64,000 nucleotides of DNA from Macrostomum lignano (lineage: Eukaryota): assembly GCA_002269645.1 (NCBI GenBank), contig NIVC01001175.1, positions 1-64,000 of the forward strand, in the 5' to 3' direction. The translations under genes and the position numbers were made by a program. Below the pieces are notes generated by a model. That model made no database searches. It saw nothing but the letters and a program-made list of their open reading frames with translations, and was not told the DNA's origin. Of this stretch, positions 62,486 to 64,000 are shown in pieces; positions within the stretch are counted from its first letter, which is position 1; each line of letters begins with the position of its first letter.

Positions 62486-62804
62486 ACTATTTTTTATAAA
62501 TATTAATGTGTATTAATCATAGATAGATCATCATATCTTACATGCAGCCTCTCCTGAAAGTATAATGTTCATATTATGTAACCTAGCGAAACATTTTACT
62601 GTTTATAATGGAAGAAAGTGCAAAAATACCAAGGCAGCCAATGGCAGCCAATAGGAACCCTGGAACAGTTTCTGTTGGCCAAAGGGGAAGAAAGTTGCCT
62701 GCAAAAAACCTGCCACAAAATTCTTCTGCGACCAAGCAATAAAATCTCTTGGTTTTTCAACTGTCCGCTCAGCTCTTGCTGCTAATTAATAAACAATAAA
62801 TCAG

Positions 62805-63723
62805 ACATCTGATGGGTTCCAATCTGAGTAGCCCCGTGAGCAATCGGCAATCCACCGCCACCAAGGCCGCCAGCAATTTCTGGCACGAGATGACCAGCTT
62901 CGACGCCAATTACCATGGCAACGGCTATTGCATTGTCTCTTCTCCTAGTGGCATTCTTGCCCTGCCGCAGCAGCCGGCCTCCAACCTGGCCAACGATCTG
63001 GGCAAGTCCACGCCCCAGTCTGAGGAGGACAACAGCGCCGTCCAGGTAGACAGCAGCAGCCTGCGGGAGTTCAACACCAGCTATGCTTATTATTCAACGG
63101 CTATGCAGCTGCAGCTGCGGGCTCGCCGCCACAATGCCAGCGTTGTCAGGGCGGCTGGGTCGGCGGCGGAGCCGCCCAAGCTACCGCCTCGTCGGCCGCC
63201 GACTCTTAGCTTGGCTCAGCATCAGCTTCATCATCAGCAGCATCATCAGCAGCATCATTACGTTTACAGCGTTGGCTATGCCGCCCCGAATCAGTTAGTC
63301 AAGCCTACCGCCGATGACTCGTTGCCATGGAAACTAAAACAACAGAAGCAGTTTCCTCCTCCTCATCCACCGCCGCCTCCGCCTCCCCCTCCACCAGTGC
63401 AGCAGCGCCTCAGCTTGATGCCTCATCACCAGCATCATCAGTCTGCTCCTGTCACTCCGTTCGATTGTCAGACAGCTTATCGCGGAGCTGGCAACCTCCG
63501 TCAGCGTCAGCGTCGACAGCAATTAAGTTATGCGTCCCCAATGCCGAACCTTGAGATTGCTGCTGCTGCTGATTTTGCTTGCGACTGGCGGCAGCAGCAG
63601 CAGCAGCTCCAGATTGACTTCTTCTGTTGGCTTCAACTGCCTGCGTTGGATTGGTCTCTTGACTACTGTCTGGATAGCATTGATAGTCCGAAGCTGGGAA
63701 AAATGCTTTATAGAGACAGGTGA
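62805..63723 (+). CDS. Low-complexity (Q/H/P-rich) 303-aa ORF; possible alternative terminal exon of the kinase gene or exon of another gene
   Basis: GC-rich coding-like composition as in the kinase exons; AG at 62803-62804 joins in frame with the phase-2 end of exon 7; no recognisable domain. Confidence 0.45.
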
Positions 63724-63829
63724 GAGATGTGCTCGGCTTCTTTAATGCTGTCATTTAGGAGAATTTTGACTGAAGTTTTAGCTACTTAATGCGTTTCAGG
63801 TCATTATCGTAGGCTACCAGTAATTGTCA

Positions 63830-64000
63830 GTCATTACTGTAGACTATTAAGTTTCAAGTCATTAGTGTAGACTATTAAGTGCCAGGTCTTTAGTGTAGGC
63901 TATTAAATGCCAGGTCATTAGTTTAGGCTATTAAATGCCAGGTCATTAGTTTAGGCTATTAAATGCCAGGTCATTAGTTTAGGCTATTAAATGCCAGGTC
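63830..64000. repeat. 28-bp minisatellite (TTAGGCTATTAAATGCCAGGTCATTAGT), runs off the window end
   Basis: Tandem units up to position 64000. Confidence 0.9.

Overview
Eukaryotic (animal, invertebrate) genomic DNA with GT-AG introns, GC-rich low-complexity exons and minisatellite-filled introns; the style resembles free-living flatworms such as Macrostomum (inference only). 1-25.4 kb is a cluster of intronless sacsin-like genes on the minus strand: a complete 3016-aa ORF (two HSP90-like sacsin repeats, a J-domain-like segment lacking HPD, a C-terminal HEPN domain), a second colinear copy running off the window start at an exact 19,960-bp offset, and between them an inverted, stop/frameshift-bearing fragment of a third, more divergent paralogue. 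The upstream flanks of the two copies (about 5.4-11.5 kb and 25.4-34.8 kb) are an older, TE-riddled segmental duplication with solo-LTR-like elements, MITEs, a 24-bp minisatellite and a hammerhead-like motif. Then come a six-exon FAM47-family gene (minus, 35.6-39.5 kb), two head-to-tail Helitron/DINE-like elements (40.2-46.0 kb) and a STE20-family SLK/STK10-like kinase gene (plus, from 48,441) in which nearly every intron carries a different minisatellite. The best candidate for an undescribed system is the duplicating, diversifying sacsin-ATPase/HEPN cluster, possibly a defence-type gene family.
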